From: Candidatus Sericytochromatia bacterium | Lineage (GTDB): Bacteria; Cyanobacteriota; Sericytochromatia; S15B-MN24; UBA4093 | Reading direction: 5' to 3' | Assembly: GCA_036676495.1 (NCBI GenBank) | Contig: JAKFCT010000080.1 | Coordinates: forward strand, 1 to 64,000 | Length of the DNA: 64,000 nt | Shown here: piece after piece, positions 26,355-35,851 of the stretch | Layout: every line of letters begins with the position of its first letter | Position numbering within the stretch: the stretch's first letter is position 1 | Notes under the pieces: generated by a model | What the model saw: the letters and a program-made list of their open reading frames with translations, nothing else | Database searches by the model: none | What the model was told of the DNA's origin: nothing | Translations under genes and position numbers: made by a program

Positions 26355-27179
26355 CTACACTCTTATTTTTAGGAATGAAAGGCTGTTTGCTAGAGCGAAA
26401 TACGTTGCTGCCTCCCAAGAGTTCAAGCCTACTGCGTCGACTTGGTTGATTGCGGTATCTAGCAGTAGTTTGCGCCTATTTCTGATGTTGTTCGTTCTTG
26501 AATTTCGAAATGCTGCAATTGCTTTATCAATCTCTCCCGATGCACACAATGAATATCGAGTCGCTAGCTGAAGACATTCGAAATGTTGTGAGACTCGGTG
26601 AAAAAACGATATTTTCATCGAAATTGGACGCTGTAGGAAAAATAAAAGCCTTGGGTGTGGGGTCATCTCAAATTTTGCGAAAAGGAGCCTGGTTTCAGGT
26701 AGGGTTTCGAAATATGGGTTCAGGATAATCCTATTACCATTGGAGCTAAGCCATTTCGTTCCCTTAAGGTTATTGCAGTCAGAGCAGCAAGGGAGTAAAT
26801 TTGCAGAAAACACAGTGAAGTCAGCAAAAATCTCTTGGGGTAAGTAATGGTCAATACTTCGTGGAATACCAATTCCACAATATTGGCAACGGGATTGCCC
26901 ATATCGAGGTTGACTCTCGATAATCTTGACTATCAATCGCTCAACGGCAACAGATTCTCTGTTGTAACAATGTCTAAGGGCCTCGCTGTTAATCTTTGAG
27001 TAAGACTTTGCCTCGATTTTGTCGAGATCTGGTGCTGTCTTTAAGTAATGTATGTACCGATTTCTTATTGTTCGTATTAAGACTATTAGTTTGCTACGCC
27101 TTGGATCCTGTTTGGATGAAACGATAGAGCGGAAATGTTGTAACGAATCGTCAGTTAGTGGATTGAGTGCTCTAAGCAT
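26355..27179 (-). CDS. HNH endonuclease, Septu PtuB-like
   Basis: CQYC...IDHYLP...NLLPCCSDCNNLKG...LNPYF; overlaps the upstream ATPase stop. Confidence 0.85.
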   Translation of the reverse strand: MLRALNPLTDDSLQHFRSIVSSKQDPRRSKLIVLIRTIRNRYIHYLKTAPDLDKIEAKSYSKINSEALRHCYNRESVAVERLIVKIIESQPRYGQSRCQYCGIGIPRSIDHYLPQEIFADFTVFSANLLPCCSDCNNLKGTKWLSSNGNRIILNPYFETLPETRLLFAKFEMTPHPRLLFFLQRPISMKISFFHRVSQHFECLQLATRYSLCASGEIDKAIAAFRNSRTNNIRNRRKLLLDTAINQVDAVGLNSWEAATYFALANSLSFLKIRV

Positions 27180-28605
27180 CCCTTGACCCTTCTATGGCTA
27201 AAGCGTGGAGATACGAAATAGTTCCGATGCTAAGCCCAGGTTCAAAGGATTCAGAAATTTCTAATAATTCATTGTGCTTTGCCAAGTTTATTAAGTGTTT
27301 TTGATGTAGTTGAGTCTGACTTATATTTCCATAAACCATGTCTGATATTGTGCTCAAGTTATTTCCAAAAGTTTCAATGTCAGGTTTTCGAACAATTGGA
27401 ACGCTCCCTACTCGCTCAATAATTCGGACGTACCTAGCGGGTATTTCCTGTAGTACGAGTGGAGAATGTGTAGCGATAATCATGTATGAGTCTTTGTCAC
27501 TCAATACATCGTATAACGCGACAAGAAGTGAAGATAAGGCAGTTGGGTGTAGATGGTTCTCGGGTTCGTCGAATAGAATTAGAGAGCCAGGTTCGATGTT
27601 CGCAATTATGTCTGCAATTGCACAAATTGTCATAGAATGTCCAGAGCTAAGTTTAAGATCCGCGAACTGAATCGTTCCTTCGAGTACGTCATCCAAACGT
27701 GAAACAATCGGACTGAAAAACTCGATCGATGTCGCTTCTCTCATTACTTTTCGCCAAGTATTGTCCCGTCGTTCCTGGAATATTCTTTCAAAAGACTTCT
27801 GGAGCTTATCGTTAATTCCGCCAGGGCTAATGTTCTCGAATGAGTCCTTTAATCCACAGTAGAAATAACTTGTGCTTGAGGTGTCTGATTTAATTTCGAA
27901 CTGGTCAAAAGCGCCATAAGATAGTACAATTACCCGGCTGAATGGTGGTCTGGTTGCTGTGTTAAATGTTCCTGCGTTGGAATGAATATCGGTTATTGCT
28001 TTTGCTAGTCGATTAAGGATTTGAGTTTTCCCGGTTCCATTTTGGCCAATAAGTCCAAAAATACGATTAGGAAGAAGTCGAAAAGGGGAGAAGTCAAAAT
28101 CAATTTTATGCGGCTTTGATGCTTCTGGTAGATCGGTTGTAAACTCGAAACGAAAATCGATGTCGAGGTGGTTATGTTTGCTTAGATAATTGAATGCATC
28201 TGTGAGCATGCGCTCAGCCTCACTACTTCTCAATAATGAGTCTTTGAATCCGCGAAATGGTTTGAATTCCTCGATTAAGTTTCTATGGATCGCAATATCT
28301 CTAAGATCATTTGTTATTTGTAGTCCGTATGCTGCAAGCCCTCTGTAGTAGTCATAACCCTGGCCAAGCGAGCAATAGTTTTCTGATAGTCTAGAGAAAT
28401 CCCGGGGGATATCTGTAACTTCCTCTCCATTTTGGAGTATTTTTACTGTTCCGATGAAGTGTGCGGCGCCAGATTCGTCTAAGTATGTAGCGAGATACGT
28501 AGTTCTATAGCCATAATCGTCCCAATTATCCTTTCGAAGCATTACACATGGCAATATTGTTGGAGTGGGAATTGGATCGCCTGTATTATAAGAATAGTAC
28601 TGCAA
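27172..28605 (-). CDS. ABC-type (AAA_15/21) ATPase, Septu PtuA-like
   Basis: GAAGGAG RBS + TTG; Walker A GQNGTGKT, signature LSSGH, Walker B LFDEPENHLHP, ATHS; N-terminal DNWDDYGY extension. Confidence 0.85.
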   Translation of the reverse strand: MQYYSYNTGDPIPTPTILPCVMLRKDNWDDYGYRTTYLATYLDESGAAHFIGTVKILQNGEEVTDIPRDFSRLSENYCSLGQGYDYYRGLAAYGLQITNDLRDIAIHRNLIEEFKPFRGFKDSLLRSSEAERMLTDAFNYLSKHNHLDIDFRFEFTTDLPEASKPHKIDFDFSPFRLLPNRIFGLIGQNGTGKTQILNRLAKAITDIHSNAGTFNTATRPPFSRVIVLSYGAFDQFEIKSDTSSTSYFYCGLKDSFENISPGGINDKLQKSFERIFQERRDNTWRKVMREATSIEFFSPIVSRLDDVLEGTIQFADLKLSSGHSMTICAIADIIANIEPGSLILFDEPENHLHPTALSSLLVALYDVLSDKDSYMIIATHSPLVLQEIPARYVRIIERVGSVPIVRKPDIETFGNNLSTISDMVYGNISQTQLHQKHLINLAKHNELLEISESFEPGLSIGTISYLHALAIEGSRDA

Positions 28606-28838
28606 ATCTTAATCTCCTTCTGGGGATAAATAGAGAATAGTTCAAATGTGAATATCAATGCGGTATTGCTTGTAGTGGCAGCCAGGAGGGATTAGGAGGG
28701 GGCTGAACTGCAATATCCAGTCGCTGCGTTAATGATAGCGTTCGGAAAACCAGTTGTAAAACGCCCCGCTGGCGTGTGTTCCGGCGGAGCGTTGGTTTAT
28801 CGAGGGGACGTGAGGATATGCAATCCATTCTACGTAGA

Positions 28839-29234
28839 TTATGGAAGGTTGATTTGCCAGGACACGCCGAATCGGTCGTTGACCCATCCAAACTTACGGC
28901 TGAAGCCGTAGTTGTCGAGGGGCATTAGCGTCCCGCCCCCTTCGCTCAGGGCCTCATAGAAGCGCTTGAGCTCGTCTTCGGTCTCGCAGGTGACGAAGAA
29001 GGAAAAGGACGGGGTGAAGTTGAAGGCGTGCTTGATCGGGCTGTCGATGCACATGACCACCTGGTTCTGGAGAATGAACCGCGCCTGCATGATCGAGCCC
29101 TCGGGGCCGGCTTCGCCAGGGCCATAGCGCTTGACGTCGAGGACCTTGGCCTCTGGGAAGAGCGAGACATAAAAGTCCATGGCCTTCTCGGCGTCGCCTT
29201 GAAACATGAGAAATGGTTCGATGTGAATGCTCAC
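28839..29234 (-). CDS. VOC family (PhnB / 3-demethylubiquinone-9 methyltransferase-like) protein
   Basis: PFLMFQGDAEKAMDFY, FNFTPSFS, FGWVNDRFGVSWQ; AGGAGG RBS + GTG. Confidence 0.9.
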   Translation of the reverse strand: MSIHIEPFLMFQGDAEKAMDFYVSLFPEAKVLDVKRYGPGEAGPEGSIMQARFILQNQVVMCIDSPIKHAFNFTPSFSFFVTCETEDELKRFYEALSEGGGTLMPLDNYGFSRKFGWVNDRFGVSWQINLP

Positions 29235-29422
29235 GCTTGATCCTCCTGCTAGGGTAGGGGGCTTTCCGAGGCTGGGACGCTTCTGGACCCAAGCGAGCGT
29301 ACACCTTGATTGCGAGCGAAGCTCTCGAATCAAGGTGTACGGAAGCGGATCATGATGTTAATGGACCGGAGGGCAGGTTGTCACCTTGTAGGGCGTTCGC
29401 CTCTTCACTGGGAAGGGTGCCG

Positions 29423-30625
29423 TCAAGCGGCTTGAGCGGCGATTTCGGTGCGCCGGGCTGCGGCATGCCGGCCGTGCAGGAGGTAGTAGAGCACGGTGCA
29501 GGCCAGCACCACCGCGCTGGCGCCCAGGTACATGCCCCGGAAGCCCGTCTGGGGGATGAGCATCCCGAAGACGAAGGGCCCGAGCCCGAAGCCGATGTCG
29601 CTCAGCATGAAGAACGTCGAGGTGGCGAGGCCCATGCGGGCCCGCTCGGTGGATTTCACCGCGACGGACTGGCCGGTCGACAGCAGCGAGCCGAAGCCCA
29701 GGGCGATGAGGGCGGCGGCAAGTAGGAGGACGGCGCCGTGCTGCGCCTGGCTCATGACCAGCAAGCCCAGCGCGTGAATGGCGATTGCCGCATACATGAT
29801 GAGGTTCTCGCCCTTCCGGTCGAAGAGCCGCCCGACCGGCGGCCGCGAGATGAACAGCACCGCCGAGAAGACGATGAAGAAGAAGCTGGCCGCCGTCGTC
29901 AGGTTGATCTCCTGGGCGTACATGGCCAGGAAGCCGATCACGCTGGACTGGCAGAACGCAAGGACCGTGATCGTGAGCGAGATGGGCAAGACCTTCGGCT
30001 CGAGGAAGCTGGAAAGGGAGAAACCCTTGCCCGAAGTGCCGCTATCCTGGGCAGGACTGAGCTTGCTCCGGTCCATGAACAGCGAGACGAGGACGGCGAG
30101 CGCGGAAACGGCGATCCCCGCCCAGAAGATCAAGGGATAATCCCCGCTGCGCCCGAGCATCATGCCCAGGAAGGGGCCGATGGCGGAGGCGACGGTCATG
30201 CTCAGGCCGAAGTAGCCGATGCCCTCGCCGATCCGGTGCTTGGGGATGATGTTCGCGACGATGGTCGCCGCCGCCGTACTCGCGATGCCGAACGTGGCGC
30301 CGTGGAAGAAGCGGATGCCCAGGAGCAAGGGAAGCGAACTCGCCGCGAAGTACAGGGCGGAGGCCAGGATGGAGAGGCCCACCCCGGTGTAAAGCACCGT
30401 GGCCAGGCCCACGCGGCCCAGCAGGATCCCCGTGAAGAAGCGGGCGACGAGCAGACCGATGACGAACATGCCCGTCGCAGCCCCGGCCTGGCCGGGCGTC
30501 GCCTGAAACTTCAGGATGGCGAATTGCGAGATCACGATCATCGTGAGGTAGAAGTTCATCGAGAGGAAGAGGTTCACCAGCGCGATGACGATGAAGTCCT
30601 TGGTCCAGAGTTTTCCTTGGGTCAT
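29423..30625 (-). CDS. MFS transporter
   Basis: LWTKDF start, 12-TM pattern, RFFHG, GRLFDRKG motif. Confidence 0.9.
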   Translation of the reverse strand: MTQGKLWTKDFIVIALVNLFLSMNFYLTMIVISQFAILKFQATPGQAGAATGMFVIGLLVARFFTGILLGRVGLATVLYTGVGLSILASALYFAASSLPLLLGIRFFHGATFGIASTAAATIVANIIPKHRIGEGIGYFGLSMTVASAIGPFLGMMLGRSGDYPLIFWAGIAVSALAVLVSLFMDRSKLSPAQDSGTSGKGFSLSSFLEPKVLPISLTITVLAFCQSSVIGFLAMYAQEINLTTAASFFFIVFSAVLFISRPPVGRLFDRKGENLIMYAAIAIHALGLLVMSQAQHGAVLLLAAALIALGFGSLLSTGQSVAVKSTERARMGLATSTFFMLSDIGFGLGPFVFGMLIPQTGFRGMYLGASAVVLACTVLYYLLHGRHAAARRTEIAAQAA

Positions 30626-30914
30626 GTCTTGCCTCTCGTGATACTCAAACGGTCTCAGCGGCAGGGTTTCACGGGGGGCGGACTCCGTGGAAAGCACCGA
30701 GAGATCCACCATAGCACCAACCTTGGCCGATTGCCGGACTACGTTTTGTAACGAGGGGACGCCGGACCCCCGAGCTCGCCTCGGGCGTCCGGATGCCGGG
30801 CAAACGCAAGAGCTGGACCTCGGTTCCGAGAGCCCAGGAGACGCTGGGCTGAATCTCTGTTACAATTCTAAATAATCAATGGCATTGATAGCCTTATGCC
30901 AAGGAGGAATTCAA

Positions 30915-31391
30915 GTGGCCAGAACCTCTCAATCATTGCTTCTCGCGGGGATGAGCGTGATCCTCGCCGCGACGCTATCCGCTTGCCAGGGTGAAGAGCG
31001 GCCGTCCGAGACGGCCCCGGGCGCGGAAGCGACCGGTGGGCCGGCGTCGGCAGCCGGGGGGACCATGGGAGACGCCGTCGCGGGCCAGGCGCTTTACGAG
31101 GCCAACTGCGCCACGTGCCATGGCGCCACCGGAGAAGGCGTGCCGCAGACGTTCCCCCCGCTGGCAGGCGCCGAGCAGGTGAACGGCTCGGCCGACGAGC
31201 ATATCAAGATCGTGCTGAACGGTCTGTCGGGTCCGATCACGGTCAAGGGCGTCGAGTACAACGGCTTCATGACGCCCTTCAAGCATCTTTCGGACAAGGA
31301 GATCGCGGATATCATCACCTTCGAGCGGACCTCCTGGGGCAATAATGGCGGCGGCGTGACGGACGCCCAGGTGAAGGCGCTACGGCAGTAG
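30915..31391 (+). CDS. Monoheme cytochrome c lipoprotein
   Basis: AGGAGG RBS + GTG; lipobox LSAC; CATCH heme motif; FPPLAG...YNGFMTPF axial Met. Confidence 0.9.
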   Translation: MARTSQSLLLAGMSVILAATLSACQGEERPSETAPGAEATGGPASAAGGTMGDAVAGQALYEANCATCHGATGEGVPQTFPPLAGAEQVNGSADEHIKIVLNGLSGPITVKGVEYNGFMTPFKHLSDKEIADIITFERTSWGNNGGGVTDAQVKALRQ

Positions 31392-31403
31392 GCTTCCGCT
31401 GGC

Positions 31404-31602
31404 CGTCATTCCCGCGAAAGCGGGAATCCACTGGTCCCCGTTTTCACGGGGATGACGAGGGTTGAGAGCGGGAATGACGACCTGCATGCAAAAGGGGCTG
31501 TCTCTCGATGGTGAGACAGCCCCTTTTGCATGCGTAACCGTGGGCGACTCCTGGATTCCCGCATTCGCGGGAATGACGCCAGAGTGGCGCGGGAATGACG
31601 CC
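31404..31602. repeat. Cluster of REP-like units
   Basis: CGTCATTCCCGCGAAAGCGGGAATCCA (31404), variants at 31431 and 31551, half-units GCGGGAATGACG at 31468 and 31589. Confidence 0.8.
31484..31533. terminator. Bidirectional terminator
   Basis: Perfect 21-bp inverted repeat GCATGCAAAAGGGGCTGTCTC / GAGACAGCCCCTTTTGCATGC with A- and T-tracts, between convergent cyt c and nosY. Confidence 0.8.
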
Positions 31603-31604
31603 CG

Positions 31605-32432
31605 TTAGAGATCTGCTCTCCGGAAGATTCGGAGGGCTCCCAGGATGGGAAGGAGCATCCAGGCCACGAGAGCGACAAGCAGCACGAGCGGGGCTCCGAC
31701 GGAGCCGAACATGCGCATGAGGCTCGCTCCGGTGGCGCCGAAGGCCGTGACCGAGTCCAGGGTGATGATGCCCAGCACGCGGACGAGATCCACGGGGTTC
31801 AAGAGGAGGAAGAGCACCAGCGTGACGGAGAGCTGCTTCGCTCCGATCAGGACGGCTCCGCCGACGATCAGGAGATCGTAGAGGATCACGGTCGTGAACC
31901 AGACGGCCACCGCGGCGCCCAGGGCGCGAACCCGGCTCTGGGTGAGGACGGCGATCAGCATCGCGAGGCTCAGGAACGCGATTTCCAGGGCGCAGGACAG
32001 CCCCAGAAGGACGAGGTAGCGGCCGAAGTCCGAGCTTCCGGCTCTCAGCGCGATGAGGATGCCCGCGGCTCCGAAGCCCACCAGGGTCGAGGCGATGAGC
32101 GTCAGGCTCAGCCCCAGGAACTTGCCGGTCATCACCTCGGAGCGCGTCACCGGCTGCGAAAGCAGCAATTCAAGCGCTCCGCGCTCGCTCGTGAGGCTCG
32201 ACGTCCCAAGAAAGAGCGCAATCAGGGGCAAGAGGATCAGGACCAGGTTCAAGAGGCTGGCCGTCGTCCGGGCGAAGCCCGTCACCTCGGCGTAGCCCGC
32301 CCCCACGAGGCCGAAGTACGAGAGGCCCATGGCCAGCAGCGCGAAGATGCCCGCGAAGATCCAGATGAGCTTGCTGCGCATGGCATCGACGAGCTCGCGC
32401 TGCGCGATCACCCAGACGGCTTGCCAGTCCAT
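31605..32432 (-). CDS. nosY: Nos ABC transporter permease
   Basis: IAQRELVD, ERGALELLLSQPVTRSE..GKF, LNPVDL; located in the nos cluster. Confidence 0.88.
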   Translation of the reverse strand: MDWQAVWVIAQRELVDAMRSKLIWIFAGIFALLAMGLSYFGLVGAGYAEVTGFARTTASLLNLVLILLPLIALFLGTSSLTSERGALELLLSQPVTRSEVMTGKFLGLSLTLIASTLVGFGAAGILIALRAGSSDFGRYLVLLGLSCALEIAFLSLAMLIAVLTQSRVRALGAAVAVWFTTVILYDLLIVGGAVLIGAKQLSVTLVLFLLLNPVDLVRVLGIITLDSVTAFGATGASLMRMFGSVGAPLVLLVALVAWMLLPILGALRIFRRADL

Positions 32433-32433
32433 G

Positions 32434-32874
32434 CTACTTGCCCGTCACGAGGGACGACCACGAGACGATCGTGGCCTTGTACTTGGGATCGAGCTTCTTC
32501 ACGCCCTCAGGGCCGGCGAAGGCCACGATCCCGGAGCGCATGGGCGTGGGGTAAGAGCTTTTGACGAAGGTCGCCTTCTCGATGGGAAGCCAGGCCTTGG
32601 TCGCGAGGTCATGGACCCAGGCGCCCTGGACCTGCGATTCGCGGAGCCGTTTCTGCTTCCAGTAGGCCACCATGCACCCGATGTCGTCGAACTTCGCGAC
32701 CGTGCGGTTTTTGAGGATGATCTCGGCGGAAAGCGGGATGCTGGTGATGGCCATGGTGCACGTGGCGCATTCATCGGCCTCGGTCATGATCTCGACGGGC
32801 TTGCCCTGGCTGGTGAAGCCCACGAGCAGGAGAGCGGTCAGCGAGACCATCGTCGTTTTGACGAATGACGACAT
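32434..32874 (-). CDS. nosL: Nitrous oxide reductase copper chaperone
   Basis: CATCTMAI, KFDDIGCM, TPMRSG motifs. Confidence 0.88.
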   Translation of the reverse strand: MSSFVKTTMVSLTALLLVGFTSQGKPVEIMTEADECATCTMAITSIPLSAEIILKNRTVAKFDDIGCMVAYWKQKRLRESQVQGAWVHDLATKAWLPIEKATFVKSSYPTPMRSGIVAFAGPEGVKKLDPKYKATIVSWSSLVTGK

Positions 32875-32877
32875 GGG

Positions 32878-33810
32878 TCACTCCTTTCCGGCGGGCTGTT
32901 CCCGCGCGACGATCGCCATGAAGATGTCCTCGAGGGTGGCTTCCTCGGTGCGGAAGTCCTCGATCCGGGCCCCGCGGGCCTCGAGGTTGCGGAGCATGGC
33001 GGCCTTGTGGCGATCGTCGATCACGACCGTGAGGATGCCGTCGTGGAACTCCACCCGCCGCGCTCCGGCCTCGAGGGAGATGCGTTCGAGCGAGACGTCG
33101 CTGCGGGGGACCGTTTCGCGGGCGAGCTTGAGCGTCAAGCGGGTGGGCATCGCGAGGCTGTGGCGAAGGGCCTCCAAGGTGTCGAGCGCGACGATGCGCC
33201 CCTGGTGGCAGACGGCGATGCGGTCCGAGATGGACTCGACCTCGCCGAGCAGGTGCGAACTCAGCAAGATGGTGCTTCCTGCCGCCTGGCGCTCGCGAAT
33301 GATCTCCTTGAAGAGCTTCGAGCCCTCGGGGTCGAGCCCCGCGGTCGGCTCGTCGAGTACCAAGAGCCTGGGATCGCCGAGCAGGGCGACCGCCAGGCCG
33401 AGACGCTGGAGCATGCCTCCCGAGAAGCCCGCCGTGCGACGTTCGGCGACGTCCGCGAGACCGACTTTCCGCAGCAAGGGATCGATCTGGCCGGGAGTCG
33501 TCTTGCGCAGCTTCGCGTAGAAGGCCAGCACCTCGCGCGGGCTGAGGTTTTCGTAGAAGTGCACGCGCTGCGGCAGGTAGCCGATCAGGGCGCGGGCGCG
33601 GCGGGGCTCGCGGGCCACGTCGATGCCGTCGATCGTGATCGTGCCCGCGTCCGGCTGCACCAGCCCCACGATGCATTTGATCGTCGTGCTCTTGCCGGCG
33701 CCATTGGGGCCCAGGAGGGCCAGGACCTCGCCGGCGCGCGTATCGAGATCGAGCTCCCGGAGGGCTTTGACGCTTCCGAACTGCTTGGTGAGTTGGTTGA
33801 GGCTGATCAC
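32878..33810 (-). CDS. nosF: Nos ABC transporter ATPase
   Basis: GPNGAGKST, FSGGMLQR, LDEPTAGLDP, SSH; between nosD and nosL. Confidence 0.9.
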   Translation of the reverse strand: MISLNQLTKQFGSVKALRELDLDTRAGEVLALLGPNGAGKSTTIKCIVGLVQPDAGTITIDGIDVAREPRRARALIGYLPQRVHFYENLSPREVLAFYAKLRKTTPGQIDPLLRKVGLADVAERRTAGFSGGMLQRLGLAVALLGDPRLLVLDEPTAGLDPEGSKLFKEIIRERQAAGSTILLSSHLLGEVESISDRIAVCHQGRIVALDTLEALRHSLAMPTRLTLKLARETVPRSDVSLERISLEAGARRVEFHDGILTVVIDDRHKAAMLRNLEARGARIEDFRTEEATLEDIFMAIVAREQPAGKE

Positions 33811-35159
33811 GCGAAGGCCTTTCTGACGAGGACGAGCGGCAGGATTCCGAGGAGCAAGGCAAGGACTGAGATCCCGAGCATCGCCAGGTCGACGCCACCG
33901 GCGCCCAGGGCTTTGGCGTCGCTCTCGACGGTCGGTTTCATGCTGGGGGACGGATCCTTCACGTTCGGGACGTTGACGATCGGAAAGGTGCGTTCGGCGA
34001 ATTCGAGCGCCTGGATGGCGGGGCTCAGGAGGAAGAGCCGGGCGGGTGGCATGTTCTCGGTGAGGTAGGAGAAGACGCTTCCCGCCATGTGAGAGACGTC
34101 GCCCCGTCCGTTGCCGTCGAGGTCGTAGCCCCGGTAGTCGCTCCAGTAGTTGCCGTCCCAGCGGTTTTCGCTGCGACCGGTCGGAAGGGCGGCGGATACG
34201 GCGTTGCCGGCGATGGTGTTGTTCCGGAAGTCGTTGGCTTCCGAGCTGCCCCGCAGCTCGATGCCGAGATCGTTGCCGACGATCCGGTTACGGGCGACGG
34301 TCAGGCCGATGGCTCCGTCCATGAAGATCCCGACGCGGTTGCCCAGGATGGCGTTGCCCTCGACGACGGACTGCTCGCAATCCTTGATGAGAAGGCCGTA
34401 GTCGCGAAAGCCTCGGTTGCCCGCGAAGATGTTGTCGCGCAGGGTGAGCCGCTGGCTGAACATGACCGCGGAGCCCGCCTCGGATTCGGTGAAGCGGTTA
34501 TTCGAGAAGGTATTGTCGTCCGAGTACATGTAATGAAGGCCGTAGCGCGCCTTCGCCACGGCGTTGCCGGTGAGCGTATTGAAGGGAGAAGCATTGAAGT
34601 AGATGCCGTCGCGCGCCACGGAGATCCGGTTGTTCGAGATGCGGTTGTGCTGAGAGTCGAAGAGGCGGATGCCGTCGCCCCGGTCGCCGGGGGGGAGCTC
34701 GGCGAGGCCGCGGATCTCGTTGTCCAGGATGTCGGCGTTCTGGACGCTCATGAGGTAGATGCCGTAGAGCGACTGATCGAGGAGATTACCCTCGACGAGG
34801 GCTCCGGGAGCCGTGAGCTTGATGGCGGCGGAATCGGTGAGGGCTTCTCGGCCGCTGCCCGTCACGTGCAAGCCGCTGATCCGGCAATTCGGGGCGGTCA
34901 CGAGGATCACGTCTCCGTTGCCTCCCCCGTCGATGCGCGGCATGCCGTCGCCGATCAGGGTCAAGGTCTTGGAGAGGACGACGTTTTCGCGGTACTCCCC
35001 CGGGGCGATGCGCAGGACGTCGCCCGGCGAAGCGGCCTTGCTGGCCGCCGTGATGCTGGGGTAGCCACCCGGACCCACGCGAAGCTCGGCTGCATGGGCG
35101 TTCGCGACGACGAGGGTGCCGAGGAGCGTGGCGGCCAGGGCGAGGACGGTCCGCGTCAT
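33807..35159 (-). CDS. nosD: Nos maturation protein (beta-helix)
   Basis: RGDGIRLF, RDGIY, RYGLHYMYS, GNYWSDYRGYDLDGNGRGD; signal peptide; start trimmed to MTRTVL. Confidence 0.93.
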   Translation of the reverse strand: MTRTVLALAATLLGTLVVANAHAAELRVGPGGYPSITAASKAASPGDVLRIAPGEYRENVVLSKTLTLIGDGMPRIDGGGNGDVILVTAPNCRISGLHVTGSGREALTDSAAIKLTAPGALVEGNLLDQSLYGIYLMSVQNADILDNEIRGLAELPPGDRGDGIRLFDSQHNRISNNRISVARDGIYFNASPFNTLTGNAVAKARYGLHYMYSDDNTFSNNRFTESEAGSAVMFSQRLTLRDNIFAGNRGFRDYGLLIKDCEQSVVEGNAILGNRVGIFMDGAIGLTVARNRIVGNDLGIELRGSSEANDFRNNTIAGNAVSAALPTGRSENRWDGNYWSDYRGYDLDGNGRGDVSHMAGSVFSYLTENMPPARLFLLSPAIQALEFAERTFPIVNVPNVKDPSPSMKPTVESDAKALGAGGVDLAMLGISVLALLLGILPLVLVRKAFA

Positions 35160-35785
35160 ACCGCTCGCTTCCTGAGGTAGAAGACCAAGGCGACGACGGA
35201 GAGGAGCCAGGCCAGGATGAGCATGTAGCCGCCGATTCCGAAGTACCCGTAGGTCATGAAGTTGACGAGCTTGTTGCTGCCGAGGAGGGGCGGCGTGAAG
35301 CTCGGGACCTTCATCGGAGCATCCGGATCGAGGTTGTGCCCGTACTGGTAGAGCCGGTAATAGGCGGAGGCCAGGCCGCTCACGCCGGTGAAGGAGAGCA
35401 CGATCACGCTCGAGATGAGCGCCCAGGGGGACGCGAAGAGCGCGGCGACGGCGAGCAGGATGCACGCGAAGCCGAGGGCCAAGGGCATCCACGATAGCTC
35501 GCTGAAGTCCTCCTCGTGGATTTCCTTCATGCCGATGTAATGGTTGAGGGTGTTGATCTCGGCGATGTCGTCGATGGCGGGGTTGCCGCTGCCCTCGAAC
35601 TTGTAGGCGTAGACGTAGAGGTTCAGGGTCTCGGGGTACTGCGGCGCTTTCAAGTGGAGGTACCAAAGCGGAAAGGCGAAGGAGGCGAGCACCAGAATCG
35701 CCGCGGCCGCCGTGGCGAGTCGCTGCTTGGGTCCTAGCCGCAGGGGCTTCTCGTCGGAAGTGGGATGGTCAGTCGATTCGCTCAT
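35156..35785 (-). CDS. nosB: Clade II nos membrane protein
   Basis: PLWYLHLKAPQYP, INTLNHYIGMK, YGHNLDPDAP...PPLLG; directly downstream of nosZ. Confidence 0.88.
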   Translation of the reverse strand: MSESTDHPTSDEKPLRLGPKQRLATAAAAILVLASFAFPLWYLHLKAPQYPETLNLYVYAYKFEGSGNPAIDDIAEINTLNHYIGMKEIHEEDFSELSWMPLALGFACILLAVAALFASPWALISSVIVLSFTGVSGLASAYYRLYQYGHNLDPDAPMKVPSFTPPLLGSNKLVNFMTYGYFGIGGYMLILAWLLSVVALVFYLRKRAV

Positions 35786-35851
35786 GGGGGCCTCGTTATC
35801 GTGGCTTCCGAAGGGGTGAGGGCCCTGGCCGCGCCAGGACCCTCACGATGC

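Larger units (their letters stand above)
20468..28838. mobile_element. Low-GC defence island (CBASS + Septu-like); no integrase seen
   Basis: Sampled 60-nt lines give about 52% GC in CBASS and about 33% in the ATPase gene versus about 68% in the flank; only defence-type genes inside; boundaries approximate. Confidence 0.7.

Noticed and set aside
26013-28838. Retron (type I-A) assignment for the ATPase-HNH pair
   Set aside because: No reverse transcriptase in the island or window
31404-31602. CRISPR array interpretation of the repeats (also 14240-14315)
   Set aside because: Units are irregularly spaced, in mixed orientation and degenerate, and there are no cas genes
35160-35666. N-terminal extension of the 619-aa ORF containing nosD
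   Set aside because: Overlaps nosB in another frame; the real NosD signal peptide starts at 35159 with an ATGA overlap
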